Shown: positions 1 through 9,160, counted from the stretch's first letter. The stretch: 53,560 nt of DNA from a virus (IMGVR_UViG_3300033182_000038:1-53560); one strand, 5' to 3'. The notes: generated from the sequence alone by a model not told the origin. A program made the numbers and translations.

Positions 1-123
1 GCCAGTGCTTGGACGATGTTCTCCGTTACCTTCCCGCCGTAGATACGAGTCCAGTCCACCTTCACGGTCGGGTCTTGTGCGTACTTGCGGTAGGTTCGTG
101 CGTCCGATATGTACTCGAATCCA
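1..123. repeat. Terminal direct repeat (circular assembly overlap), copy 1
   Basis: 1-123 is identical to 53438-53560, and the PolA reading frame continues across the join. Confidence 0.97.
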
Positions 124-1646
124 TCCGAGGTTGAACGCAAGGCTGAGTATCGTATGCGCAGAGAGTTGGGCAGTATGATTCCGTCACTATCATATGGAAG
201 CCAGTCGGTGATATTTCCTGCACCACCTGACAACATACCTGTGAGTGCGTGTCCGCATTTGTTCCACAGCGCCACGATCTTATGGTTCTTCTGGCGGTAC
301 AGCCTGACGATACGCTCGGCTTCGTTCTCATCGATGTTGACTGAGATACCGCCCTGTCCAAGCGCAAGCGTGTCGCGGAATTTCTTTGCACCCATGCCAT
401 AACCTAATCCAAGAATACAAGTCTTACCGACGAATCGTTCCACCTTGTCTGCCTTCGTGATGGTGCGTCCATATACATCAGTGGCAAACTCTGAGTACAC
501 ATCCCGCCCCTCTCGGAACGCTTGTACTAGATCAGCCTGCCCTGCTACATATGCAACCATGCGAGCCTCGATCTGCGACGAGTCACAAGCTACCAACATC
601 TGTCCTGCTGGGGCAGTTAGAGCCTTACGAATAGCACCGTTGCGTGGTAGGTTTTGCAGGTTCATCTTGTCGCCACCCGAGAATCTACCTGTGTGTGCGC
701 CGTAGTAGTTCAGCATGATGGGCAGTCGTCCACGAGCCGCAACCTTTATTAAGTTCTCGGTTCGTGTTTCCTCAATGGTTGATTTGGTTCCGAGCCGAGC
801 GGCAACTAGGTTCTGCACCCGAGGGTCGTCATGCTCCAACAAGTTTGTGAATACCTTGTCGGTTTTGGCAAACGCCCACGAGGTCTTACCTGTCTTGGGA
901 CTGATCTTGGTTGGGGGTTCGACACCTAAAGAGGTGAGCAACTTAGAGAACATGGCGTTACTCATCAGGACTTTCTTGATCTGCTCCTGCGTGAGTCCGT
1001 CACCTAGTCCTAAGTTCTCCAACAAGTTTGCCTTGTTCTCTTTGACCGCAGTCAAGTGGTCGCCAAGCACTTGCGTATCGAGTTCGATAGTCGGCTCGGT
1101 GTACATGCGTAGGGTCTGATCGATGATGAGTAGTTCAGAGATTGGGAATCCCTTACTCAGCTTTTGGAACAGGGTGTAAGTGAGGTCGACATCGTTGACA
1201 CAGTACGACGCATACCTGTCAAGTTCTTCTGGTGTGAAGTCCTTGCGTCGCTTACCCAGTGCGTTGATAACTTCGTCACCCTTCTTACCAATACCATAGT
1301 GATCGGCGAGTGCCTTCAAGCTACCACCTACCGTGGCATTGTGAGCAGGGCGAGCCATTGAGAGGGTGTCTAACCACAGCTTAGGCTTGATGCCGTAGTG
1401 CCATGACAGGATAGCCCCATCGAACGCGGTGTTGTGGCAAAGGATTGCCTTGTCTGAGTAGTCGAGTGACTTGAGGAACTGCCCTACATTGTCGCCTGAG
1501 TACCAGTCGGTAGGGTGATTGTTGACCTTGATACCTACACCGATAACCTCGAAGTCGGGGCTACGAATGTAGGCTTCCGTGGTCATCTTAGATAGGGAGA
1601 AGTCCCTGTCGTAGTAGGTTTCAAAGTCGATGGTGACTATATCCAT
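1..1646 (-). CDS. polA: DNA polymerase family A, 5' part (full gene 1646->1 then 53437->53221, ~620 aa)
   Basis: Absent from the ORF track; translated by hand. MDIVTIDFETYY (exonuclease I motif), motif A ACDSSQIEAR, motif B RFVGKTCILGLGYG. In frame with 53221..53502. Confidence 0.93.
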   Translation of the reverse strand, partial: MDIVTIDFETYYDRDFSLSKMTTEAYIRSPDFEVIGVGIKVNNHPTDWYSGDNVGQFLKSLDYSDKAILCHNTAFDGAILSWHYGIKPKLWLDTLSMARPAHNATVGGSLKALADHYGIGKKGDEVINALGKRRKDFTPEELDRYASYCVNDVDLTYTLFQKLSKGFPISELLIIDQTLRMYTEPTIELDTQVLGDHLTAVKENKANLLENLGLGDGLTQEQIKKVLMSNAMFSKLLTSLGVEPPTKISPKTGKTSWAFAKTDKVFTNLLEHDDPRVQNLVAARLGTKSTIEETRTENLIKVAARGRLPIMLNYYGAHTGRFSGGDKMNLQNLPRNGAIRKALTAPAGQMLVACDSSQIEARMVAYVAGQADLVQAFREGRDVYSEFATDVYGRTITKADKVERFVGKTCILGLGYGMGAKKFRDTLALGQGGISVNIDENEAERIVRLYRQKNHKIVALWNKCGHALTGMLSGGAGNITDWLPYDSDGIILPNSLRIRYSALRSTSDGFEYISDARTYRKYAQDPTVKVDWTRIYGGKVTENIVQAL

Positions 1647-1690
1647 ATGAACTCCTGCACCCAGTCGGGTGACTATTAAGTGTGGTCGAG

Positions 1691-2092
1691 TTAGAAACCG
1701 AAGCGCATCTCGGCTAGCTTCTCACGGTAGTGTTGTGCTTTAGCACCATCGTCACTGCCTTGCTTCCGTCCTGCTCGCATTGAGTACTTGATGATGTTGC
1801 CTTTCAAGAACCCTCGAAACTCCTCGGGTGTGAGGACTGCTTGCATAACATCCCACGGTTGAACCGGCATGTCCTTGTAATGAGAACCACCAACTTGTTT
1901 GTCGTTGGCTGACTGCTCGATCTGGATCTGGTTGTCCGTCGGATGTAACGCGACAGGCTCAACTGTTGACAGCACCTTGTGTGCATATGAATAGGAACAG
2001 CCTGCTCGCTTAGCGATCTGACCATAGTTGAGTCGTGGGTTGCTTGCAACAACTTCCAGTACTGCTTGTGCTTTCTTAGCTTTCTGCTTCAT
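1691..2092 (-). CDS. N-terminal HTH + DUF3310 (SaV-like/T7 gp1.7-like) domain protein
   Basis: HTH-like YGQIAKRAGCSYSYAHKV, then QVGGSHYK...FLKGNIIKYSMRAGRK. Confidence 0.75.
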   Translation of the reverse strand: MKQKAKKAQAVLEVVASNPRLNYGQIAKRAGCSYSYAHKVLSTVEPVALHPTDNQIQIEQSANDKQVGGSHYKDMPVQPWDVMQAVLTPEEFRGFLKGNIIKYSMRAGRKQGSDDGAKAQHYREKLAEMRFGF

Positions 2093-2537
2093 TGTTAATC
2101 TCCTTACCGTCGATAGCGAATACCTCTACACCTAAACCACAGTGTGCAGAGAACTTGTTTGCGGCTTCCACCGCTTGTACTGCATCGGCTCCCATAGCCA
2201 GTGCGCCGTAGGCAAACTCTCTGCCTGTGCCGAACGCACATGATCGGAACCCATGCGGTATTGGGGTAGGGCTACCCTCGAATCGGAATAGCCCATGCTT
2301 GTTGACTACGATTAGTTGTGATGTGGCATCAACCCTCGGAAAAAGATTGGGTGACGCACCGTTCTGATACCAGTCGCGCAAATCTAAAATATGTTTTAGC
2401 TTGCCGACACCTGACAGTATGTTCATGTACTTATCGACAATCGCATACCACGCTTTGGGTGACTCCCATTTGACGACACCATCACTAGCCTGTCGGTCAG
2501 TCGCTAGCTTGTTACCGTCCCATACGATTACGGTCAT
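2076..2537 (-). CDS. Ntn-hydrolase (HslV/proteasome-beta-like) peptidase
   Basis: Likely start MTVIVWDG..LATD at 2537 behind a GGAG RBS, which gives an N-terminal Thr; FGTGREFAYGALAMG motif. Confidence 0.7.
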   Translation of the reverse strand: MTVIVWDGNKLATDRQASDGVVKWESPKAWYAIVDKYMNILSGVGKLKHILDLRDWYQNGASPNLFPRVDATSQLIVVNKHGLFRFEGSPTPIPHGFRSCAFGTGREFAYGALAMGADAVQAVEAANKFSAHCGLGVEVFAIDGKEINNEAES

Positions 2538-2571
2538 CTGATTTTCTCCATTGCTTTCACACAGGTTGGAC

Positions 2572-2617
2572 AAGTGAGTTGCCGACGCACCCATAGGAAA
2601 CGCCGACAACACCACTT
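2572..2617 (-). promoter_or_regulatory. Long intergenic RNA hairpin (possible RNase III processing site)
   Basis: AAGUG..GUUGUCGGCG pairs with CGUCGGCAAC..CACUU, with G-U pairs on the minus-strand transcript and no U-tract. Confidence 0.45.
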
Positions 2618-2621
2618 ACAT

Positions 2622-3497
2622 TTACGCCACCGTCGCTTGCTCATCTGTTTCAAAGACACCAAGACGACGACGCAGGGTAGTACTCAGGTCGTTGCATACC
2701 TTGTCTACTGACACAAGGACTTCCTGTGCAGTAGGTTTCTTAGGTTGATACCATGAGTAGGGGCAGGACTGAACGAAACCCTTGAGTAATTCTTGCGGGT
2801 ACTCATCGTTCTCAATACTTGTTTGCAGGAGATTGACCCAGTTGTCGTGATGCCAGTCTGGTTTAGACCACTCGGAAGTTTTGCTCTGACGCTCTGCCCA
2901 TACCTGATCGATGACACCATCTAGTGCGTGGACTTTGGCACGGACTCTCATACCGCGCTTGAACTTGCGTAGCATTGCTCGCCACTCACGACGCTTCTCT
3001 GGAATCTCAGCAGGGTTGCCTGTCCATGTACCGTTCAGGCACTCGCCAGTTGTCAGGTCGAACTTGATACCCTGCTCATACTCGAACGCTACTTGTCGGA
3101 AGGTGTCATTCATAATGCGCCACCCATCGTAGCGGGACGCACCATTCTCCATCGCTTTAGTACGCGCCATCTCTAGTTGTTTGGTGTGGGCAATGCGGTA
3201 GACACCAGTGCGCAGTCGCTCAGTATGTATAGGAACAAGTCTATACAAGGCTTGCGTCAGGGTGTTTGACTGTCGGAGGTAATCGTTCTTCGGTAACACA
3301 AACTCAAGTATGTTGTCAGGTGTTACTCGGAACAGGGGTTGACTGCCATAGCCAGTAATGTGGACAACAATATCGTCGTTGTCCTTGTACATCCTAGCCC
3401 ACCGCTGACGCAGGGGCTTACCCTTCTCAGGGTTGCGAGCAGTACGCATCATACTGTTGAACTCGTTGTAGCTACGATAGTCTGCTTCGTCGTACAT
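2622..3497 (-). CDS. Hypothetical protein (291 aa)
   Basis: Long ORF with an AAGGAG RBS, in the operon. Confidence 0.85.
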   Translation of the reverse strand: MYDEADYRSYNEFNSMMRTARNPEKGKPLRQRWARMYKDNDDIVVHITGYGSQPLFRVTPDNILEFVLPKNDYLRQSNTLTQALYRLVPIHTERLRTGVYRIAHTKQLEMARTKAMENGASRYDGWRIMNDTFRQVAFEYEQGIKFDLTTGECLNGTWTGNPAEIPEKRREWRAMLRKFKRGMRVRAKVHALDGVIDQVWAERQSKTSEWSKPDWHHDNWVNLLQTSIENDEYPQELLKGFVQSCPYSWYQPKKPTAQEVLVSVDKVCNDLSTTLRRRLGVFETDEQATVA

Positions 3498-3506
3498 GGT
3501 CGCTCC

Positions 3507-4184
3507 TTACTTAGTGATTTTGCTGAGGGTTACTGCGGCGGTCATGCTATTCAGGTCAACATCCAAGTCATCGACGCTACGCTTGGTACGCTCGACGATC
3601 TTGAGGTGTCTGTCTTTAGCCTCTTGTGGAATCAAATCCCATAGTGGTTGCCACGCTTTGAGTGCAGGGGCTAGGGTTGCGTAGGACTCTATGACTTTCT
3701 TGACACCGTCCACGAACGCATCGCGTCGTGCTTGTACTACGAAGATGCGATTGGTGTAAGCCTTGAACTCCTCCTTGAGCCAGTCCCAACGATCATCGTT
3801 GAAGTCCAGTCGCATTGAACGCCATGAGAACTTAGTGCCAGTCGGTGCGTCGTCGTACTTGTAAGGCCACGGTCTAGGGGTAGTGAAGTGGAGTTGTACA
3901 TCCACGCCACGGTAGGTATCTACCTTAGTAGTGGCGGTCTGCCACACATCACCGTTGCAGTTATAGAAACCTTCGAGGTTGAATTCCTCGCGTTTGTCCA
4001 TTGCCCATGCAGGTAGGTTGTTGAACTTAGCTACATCATCTGCTGAGAACAACTTGTCGTAGATGCGATCACCCCATGTCGGGTCATAGCTAGCTTTAGC
4101 CTGCTTGATCTGGTCGACGAACACCTGCTCTGCGTTACGGATAATGTCTGCTTTCAACTGTTCACTGAATCGTACTGTTGCCAT
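3507..4184 (-). CDS. Nmad5-like protein
   Basis: N-terminal VRFSEQLK and C-terminal TLAPALKAWQPLWDLIP resemble Nmad5-family phage proteins. Confidence 0.5.
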   Translation of the reverse strand: MATVRFSEQLKADIIRNAEQVFVDQIKQAKASYDPTWGDRIYDKLFSADDVAKFNNLPAWAMDKREEFNLEGFYNCNGDVWQTATTKVDTYRGVDVQLHFTTPRPWPYKYDDAPTGTKFSWRSMRLDFNDDRWDWLKEEFKAYTNRIFVVQARRDAFVDGVKKVIESYATLAPALKAWQPLWDLIPQEAKDRHLKIVERTKRSVDDLDVDLNSMTAAVTLSKITK

Positions 4185-4206
4185 CTGGAAACTCCTATAA
4201 ATTTAT

Positions 4207-5319
4207 TTACATCTTCACGACTTCACCAAACGGTGCGTCGTCTGCGTAGGTTGATACCCACAGAACTGGGTAGTCAGGTGCATTGCCAAAGTCATGGCAC
4301 ACCAAGTCGGTTAGAAACACACAAGCGGTAGGCTCGATGTCATGCTCGTAGAGGTACTGGAACACAGGACTAAACGCAGTTCCTCCTCCGCCATGAGGAC
4401 GAATATCGAGAGCATCATCAGTACCATAGGATTCATAGTGCGATACCTCCGAGTCGAAGTAGACAACATGGATTCGAGTAGGCTTACTGTCCTCCTGAAC
4501 GGTGCGTATCTCAGCGGCGAACTGGTTGATCTCCTCTTGACCGATGGAGCCTGAACAGTCCACGGCAAAGACAACCTCGCCGAGCGTTTCACCTGTGACA
4601 CTAGGCAGATACAGTCCTTGTGAAATGAAGCGGCGGTTAGGTCGAGCAAAGCTACGCTCGTCAGTGCGAGCCTTCTCTACGAAGTTGCGTAGTACCTGAC
4701 GCCAGTCGACTTTAGGTTGCAGTACCTCATCGACTAAGCGTTGCAGTCCAGAACTCATCTTGCCCATCATCTTGGCGGCTTGCGCCGCTTGAGCAACACG
4801 CACTTTCCAGTCTGCTTCCTGCTCGGATATTTCAGCAGGGCTACCCTCTGCGTCTAAGCACTCGTCGAACGGCTGACCATCACCGCCATAGCCGCCACCT
4901 TCACCCTGATCGGGCAGGTTGTTATAGATACCATCGGTAGTGCCGTTGCCTGCTTGGTATATGTCGTCGCTCAGTAGCCCGCCCTCTGGCATCTTGCCGA
5001 TGCCTTCATCTGACAACAACTTGTTGATTACATAGTCGCCTGCCATGTTCCAACGGTATCCGTCACGGTTAGCACGGCGGAAGTTATGCTCCAACATGGG
5101 GTGCATACACTCGTGGGCTACTAGGAACTTCAACTGCTCGTCGTTCTGTTTGTCCACGAACTCAGGGTTGAACAGTACTTCCTTGCCATTGGTTGCGGCA
5201 GTAGGTACTGCATCGGTCAGCTTGAACGGCATGTTCAAAGCGATGTTGCCAATGAACGGATGCTCTAGTACTAGAGCGGTCTTGGCTTTAGCTAGTCGTT
5301 GGTCAGTGGTAAGAGCCAT
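4207..5319 (-). CDS. HExxH metallopeptidase-like + vWA domain protein (DUF2201-like)
   Basis: TAATNG, LVAHECMH, WNMAGDYVIN; MIDAS DCSGS, GGGGT, FLTD. Start MALTT at 5319 behind GAGGAG. Confidence 0.88.
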   Translation of the reverse strand: MALTTDQRLAKAKTALVLEHPFIGNIALNMPFKLTDAVPTAATNGKEVLFNPEFVDKQNDEQLKFLVAHECMHPMLEHNFRRANRDGYRWNMAGDYVINKLLSDEGIGKMPEGGLLSDDIYQAGNGTTDGIYNNLPDQGEGGGYGGDGQPFDECLDAEGSPAEISEQEADWKVRVAQAAQAAKMMGKMSSGLQRLVDEVLQPKVDWRQVLRNFVEKARTDERSFARPNRRFISQGLYLPSVTGETLGEVVFAVDCSGSIGQEEINQFAAEIRTVQEDSKPTRIHVVYFDSEVSHYESYGTDDALDIRPHGGGGTAFSPVFQYLYEHDIEPTACVFLTDLVCHDFGNAPDYPVLWVSTYADDAPFGEVVKM

Positions 5320-5515
5320 TGATCTTCTCCTCGTTAGTTGATTCATCAACATCTTTCTGGATGGCGGCTATCGTTATCAGACAGTCGCCGACTGCCATGT
5401 GGGACATAAGCAACTCGATCAGCAGGCTACGATCTAACTCCCATAACCTGTCCATCATCACATCCCACGCCGTGGGAAACTGCTTCTTCAGTTTCGTTAT
5501 ATCTTCGAGAGTCAT
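5303..5515 (-). CDS. Hypothetical protein (70 aa)
   Basis: TAATG coupling to the upstream gene; GGAGG RBS. Confidence 0.7.
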   Translation of the reverse strand: MTLEDITKLKKQFPTAWDVMMDRLWELDRSLLIELLMSHMAVGDCLITIAAIQKDVDESTNEEKINGSYH

Positions 5516-6366
5516 TACGCACCTCCCATGAACACTGCCATCTTGTCCATGATTGCCTTAGCTTCAGCGGCTTTATCACGGCGCAAGTCTGGGTTGTTAC
5601 GCAGGGCATCGGGATGGTTGTTGGCTAGTGACTGCTCAACTTCCTGACGCATAGCCTCTAGGTCAGGGTCATCAGCGAAGTTGAGTCGAGGTAGTAGCGC
5701 ACAGATTTCTCGTGTGTTCTCAACCATCGTGTCACGGAAGATTGCTTTAGGGTCAGCTAGCTTCTCAGCCATGTGCTTCACCTTGTCATATAGTCGTTGC
5801 CATACATCCTGCATAGCCTTCTGCTGCGCCTCAGCTACACGACGCTCGACATCGGACTGAATCCTAGTCAACTCATCGTCAGCAATCTGCACTCGGAAGT
5901 CGTTGCTAGGTACAGGGAACACCGCCATGTCCATGCGGAACTTGTTGGCAATCTCAGTAGCCGATGGGTAGTCACTCTCGTTGTACAGGTTGCCGAGGAT
6001 ACGCTGAGCGTCGTACTTCAACTGCTCATAGTTACTCAAGAACTGGTCAACAAGATGTTGCCATTCACCCTTCTCCTTGCGGAACTCAGTCATGAAGTTG
6101 AGGTAGTTAGCAGAGGGCAACATCATCGTGCCTTCAATACCCCACGGCAGGGTGTTGGCGTAGTACTTCTGACGGATTAGCGTAGCCTTCTGGTGTACAT
6201 GGGCTAGGTAATCGTTCATCGGAAGCAGGGACTTGTTGTACCTACCTGCCGCCATAGTAGTAGCGTTAGCTACTGCCACCTGCTCAGTAGCTTTGCGATC
6301 ATACTTACGCGCAGTCCACTGGCTGATTGATAACTGCACTAGCAGTGCTCGATCTGAAAGTTTCAT
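5515..6366 (-). CDS. DUF3150-like helical protein associated with MoxR/vWA
   Basis: Lies between the AAA and vWA genes; LVQLSISQWTARK N-terminus; helical composition. Confidence 0.55.
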   Translation of the reverse strand: MKLSDRALLVQLSISQWTARKYDRKATEQVAVANATTMAAGRYNKSLLPMNDYLAHVHQKATLIRQKYYANTLPWGIEGTMMLPSANYLNFMTEFRKEKGEWQHLVDQFLSNYEQLKYDAQRILGNLYNESDYPSATEIANKFRMDMAVFPVPSNDFRVQIADDELTRIQSDVERRVAEAQQKAMQDVWQRLYDKVKHMAEKLADPKAIFRDTMVENTREICALLPRLNFADDPDLEAMRQEVEQSLANNHPDALRNNPDLRRDKAAEAKAIMDKMAVFMGGA

Positions 6367-6377
6367 AGTCGTTCTCC

Positions 6378-7373
6378 TTAGAACAAGATGTCTTGATGCT
6401 CAACTGCCCAGTTCGTAAACGCTTGCGTTGAAGCCAACTCAGGTTTCTTGCGAGCCGCATACGATACGGACAGAACACTAAACTCTGGCGGCATGCGCTT
6501 GGCATAAGTACAAACACGCTCAAAGTTATTCTCAGTTGCTCGCTCTGCAATCGCACCGGACAGTGCATACAAAGTGGCAGGGTCAGTAGGAACCTCAGCA
6601 GTAGTCGGGTTGAGGATGATGTTGTCTGGGTTAGGTAGCTTGCGGTAAATCTGTATAAAGCCACGGAACTCAGCCGCCGCACCCTCACCTACTGCACCCT
6701 TGAAGCACTCGAACTCTGTTTCAACAGGGACAGTACCAAGCACAGCACTCACACCTTCGTCCCATGAACGAGGGCTAGGGTTAGAGTCACGCTGAGGGTC
6801 GAAGTCATGCAGTAGTGCAGGACGGAAGCGGATAAACGACACCACCTCTGGCTTAACACCGTTGTCGATAGCCCATGCACACCAGTCGTCGAGGTGTGTT
6901 TCTAACTCGATCACAGTTTCACGGTTACGCAAGTGACTAAGCACTCGGTTAGCACCGGCACGGTCAGACTGTCTGTTACCAGTACTGATGACCTGCCACC
7001 CCTTCTTGAGCGGAGTACCGTGGAGGTTACGAGCCTGTTGAATGTTAGCCAGTACCTTCTGCAAGTCGTTGTTCGCTTGGTTGCGGTCGTCGAATAGCAG
7101 GATACCCTCGTCAGGAATATCAGTACGATCTTCAGCAGGGAACCAGTCGGGCAGTTTGTACTCAAGCATCTTAGCCCCCTCGGATGGGTACAAGATACCG
7201 AAGTCCTCTACCAACATGGTCGGCATGTGCTTCTCGATGAAGCCTACACCCAACTCCTTAGCGACTTGCTGAACGATGGAAGTCTTACCACCACCTGGAC
7301 TACCCTCGATAGAAACAGGGCGCTTGATAGGAAACAGTGCTTTAAGGGTTTGTTTAACGAGTTCTGCTCTCAT
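6378..7373 (-). CDS. MoxR-type AAA+ ATPase
   Basis: Walker A GSPGGGKT, Walker B ILLFDD, STGNR, LRNR arginine finger, SPRSW sensor. Confidence 0.9.
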   Translation of the reverse strand: MRAELVKQTLKALFPIKRPVSIEGSPGGGKTSIVQQVAKELGVGFIEKHMPTMLVEDFGILYPSEGAKMLEYKLPDWFPAEDRTDIPDEGILLFDDRNQANNDLQKVLANIQQARNLHGTPLKKGWQVISTGNRQSDRAGANRVLSHLRNRETVIELETHLDDWCAWAIDNGVKPEVVSFIRFRPALLHDFDPQRDSNPSPRSWDEGVSAVLGTVPVETEFECFKGAVGEGAAAEFRGFIQIYRKLPNPDNIILNPTTAEVPTDPATLYALSGAIAERATENNFERVCTYAKRMPPEFSVLSVSYAARKKPELASTQAFTNWAVEHQDILF

Positions 7374-7561
7374 TGGTTTTCTCCTTTGTAGAGTTTGTGG
7401 TCAGGGCCATAAGACACGACAGTTCCCTGCCGTTGTTCTCTAGCGATCTTGGCATCGCGTTTCTCCCTGAAGTACAGAGCCTCACCGTTATCACCCTTAA
7501 CGATGGCTCCACCTTTACCGTGCCGAAGCACAAACAGTTTCAAAGCCGTTCTCATATTCAC
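7370..7561 (-). CDS. Hypothetical protein
   Basis: Overlap-coupled ORF with RBS. Confidence 0.7.
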   Translation of the reverse strand: MNMRTALKLFVLRHGKGGAIVKGDNGEALYFREKRDAKIAREQRQGTVVSYGPDHKLYKGENQ

Positions 7562-7725
7562 TCCTTGTTGTCAATAAACAGACATTCATGTTGATGACGC
7601 ACACCATATGCGTCGGTGTAAGACTCACCGCACCCTGCTAACCATTCGAGTATGGCTACCACCATGATGGTGCTGAATGCAGTGACGATAAGGATGCTTA
7701 CTAGCACCTCAATAAGTTTGCGCAT
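7558..7725 (-). CDS. Small membrane protein
   Basis: Start MRKLIEVL at 7725 behind GGAGG; one hydrophobic segment. Confidence 0.65.
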   Translation of the reverse strand: MRKLIEVLVSILIVTAFSTIMVVAILEWLAGCGESYTDAYGVRHQHECLFIDNKE

Positions 7726-7726
7726 G

Positions 7727-7861
7727 TCATCCTCCCGCCAAAAAGCTGACAGTAAGACCACCGATAGCACCGAGCAGAGAGCCTATGACAATCCACACGA
7801 TGTACCGCACAACTACCGGATACTGGTAGACGCGCCAAGCGAAGTTTTTTAACCAATTCAT
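7727..7861 (-). CDS. Small membrane protein (44 aa, not in ORF track)
   Basis: MNWLKNFAWRVYQYPVVVRYIVWIVIGSLLGAIGGLTVSFLAGG; ATGA overlap, AGGAGG RBS, fills the gap exactly. Confidence 0.65.
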   Translation of the reverse strand: MNWLKNFAWRVYQYPVVVRYIVWIVIGSLLGAIGGLTVSFLAGG

Positions 7862-8058
7862 CGGACTAATCCTCCTTTGTTGTTAAGACCCTTAAGGTCA
7901 GACAGGTCAGTGATGACCACATAGTTCGACTTGTGCATAGGGGCGATGGTATGCACCACCTCCCTAGCCTTAGCCTCACCACACTTTAGGCAAGTGCCAT
8001 AGCCCAACGACAAGCGTTGGGTAGGCACAGCCTCTGATCTACAAACTGTACACAGCAT
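7858..8058 (-). CDS. DksA/TraR-type C4 zinc-finger protein
   Basis: CTVC..VPTQRL..GYGTCLKC; TGATG coupling. Confidence 0.65.
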   Translation of the reverse strand: MLCTVCRSEAVPTQRLSLGYGTCLKCGEAKAREVVHTIAPMHKSNYVVITDLSDLKGLNNKGGLVR

Positions 8059-8420
8059 CAGTCGATTACCTCCCATCCTCGTGGGTTGTCTGTTACTACA
8101 CTCAAGCGGTTAGCGACTAGGCTTCGATAACCACCCTCAGCAAGTAGCATCATGTGATGCGTAGATAACTTTACAGTATCTGTGTGAGGGTGAGCCTGTG
8201 AACGGTGCTTGCTAGTACTGACTGAATACCTATCGGAGTTCTCCCACCAGTACTTGCCGCACTTGATAAACATAGGGTAGTGAGTGCCGTAACTATACAC
8301 GACATAGCGATCACCTCCCTTGCTATCGGTGACACTAACACCGTACAAGTTACTGCCCTGAAAGGGCTTGCACTGCTGAACATAGCTACGACAGTTCTTG
8401 TTGGCTACACGGTCAGTCAT
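8058..8420 (-). CDS. Hypothetical phage protein
   Basis: YVVYSYG...YSVSTSKH motif typical of phage early genes; coupled to its neighbours. Confidence 0.75.
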   Translation of the reverse strand: MTDRVANKNCRSYVQQCKPFQGSNLYGVSVTDSKGGDRYVVYSYGTHYPMFIKCGKYWWENSDRYSVSTSKHRSQAHPHTDTVKLSTHHMMLLAEGGYRSLVANRLSVVTDNPRGWEVID

Positions 8421-8638
8421 AGCGGCATCTCCATAGCAGAGTCATCACCGTCATAAAACCAGTCAAGATAGTTATGTATGCCGTTAGAGAAAGCGTTAGA
8501 GCCACCGAATATTGGCTGACTACCGGACTCCCTAGCGACGAAGTCGGTACATGTATCGTTGATAATCTCTACCAAGTCAGACAACTCGTTGTCATCGTCA
8601 GAGTAGTAGGCTTCAAAGAAAAGGTTTGCGTTTAACAT
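8417..8638 (-). CDS. Small acidic protein
   Basis: GGAG RBS; D/E-rich, 73 aa. Confidence 0.65.
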   Translation of the reverse strand: MLNANLFFEAYYSDDDNELSDLVEIINDTCTDFVARESGSQPIFGGSNAFSNGIHNYLDWFYDGDDSAMEMPL

Positions 8639-8663
8639 ACTTCATTGCTCCATATGTAAAGTT

Positions 8664-8692
8664 AAAATAAAGGGGGCTACAGTGTAGCCCCC
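8664..8692 (-). terminator. Intrinsic terminator
   Basis: GGGGGCTAC-act-GTAGCCCCC followed by TTTATTTT on the minus strand. Confidence 0.75.
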
Positions 8693-8698
8693 ATCGGG

Positions 8699-9064
8699 TT
8701 AGATCAGGATTGCAGTAGCCTTAGCTACAGTGTGTTTAACAGGGCTTGCGATAGTCATCTTAGGCTTGCCCCACTTACCAACACCGATGGTCGGTACATA
8801 GCCATCTTTGATAGCCTTGAGTACCTTAGTCAACGGCAACGCCTTACTATCCTTTGCGATAGTCTGGTTTACTTCAGGGATATAGAAGTCCCAACGGTTA
8901 AGCGACAACTTGTTAGCACTTGCATAGTCAATGATGTTTGACAAAGCAAGCTCAGCATCGTCAGCGTTGTACTTACCAGTACCGTCGCGGCTAGCAACAA
9001 GCTCCACAAGGTTAGTGTTAGGGTTTACACGGGCATTGAAAGTACCTTCATAGTTCTTAGCCAT
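8699..9064 (-). CDS. Early protein, paralogue A
   Basis: AAGGAG RBS; similar to 10132..10482. Confidence 0.85.
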   Translation of the reverse strand: MAKNYEGTFNARVNPNTNLVELVASRDGTGKYNADDAELALSNIIDYASANKLSLNRWDFYIPEVNQTIAKDSKALPLTKVLKAIKDGYVPTIGVGKWGKPKMTIASPVKHTVAKATAILI

Positions 9065-9122
9065 TTGATTGCTCCTTAAAAAGGGTTAATAAATTTACAC
9101 AACGGCAAGTGCCGAGGTGAGG

Positions 9123-9160
9123 TTCCAGCCTGCCCCAGACCCGCCGAGCCGTCAAGTTTG
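9123..9160 (-). promoter_or_regulatory. Leftward sigma70-like promoter P1
   Basis: caaac TTGACG-N17-CAGGCT ggaa; twin of 10548-10585. Confidence 0.65.

Noticed and set aside
1-123. Terminal repeat as a biological DTR
   Set aside because: It falls mid-polA and the frame runs through it, so it is best explained as assembler overlap.
62-1361. Short ORFs listed in the track over 62-1361
   Set aside because: Alternate-frame or antisense shadows of polA.
1691-4184. DNA hypermodification pathway suggested by the Nmad5-like and DUF3310 genes
   Set aside because: No base-modifying enzymes (thymidylate synthase-like, glycosyltransferase, Que/Dpd, PurZ) are recognisable.
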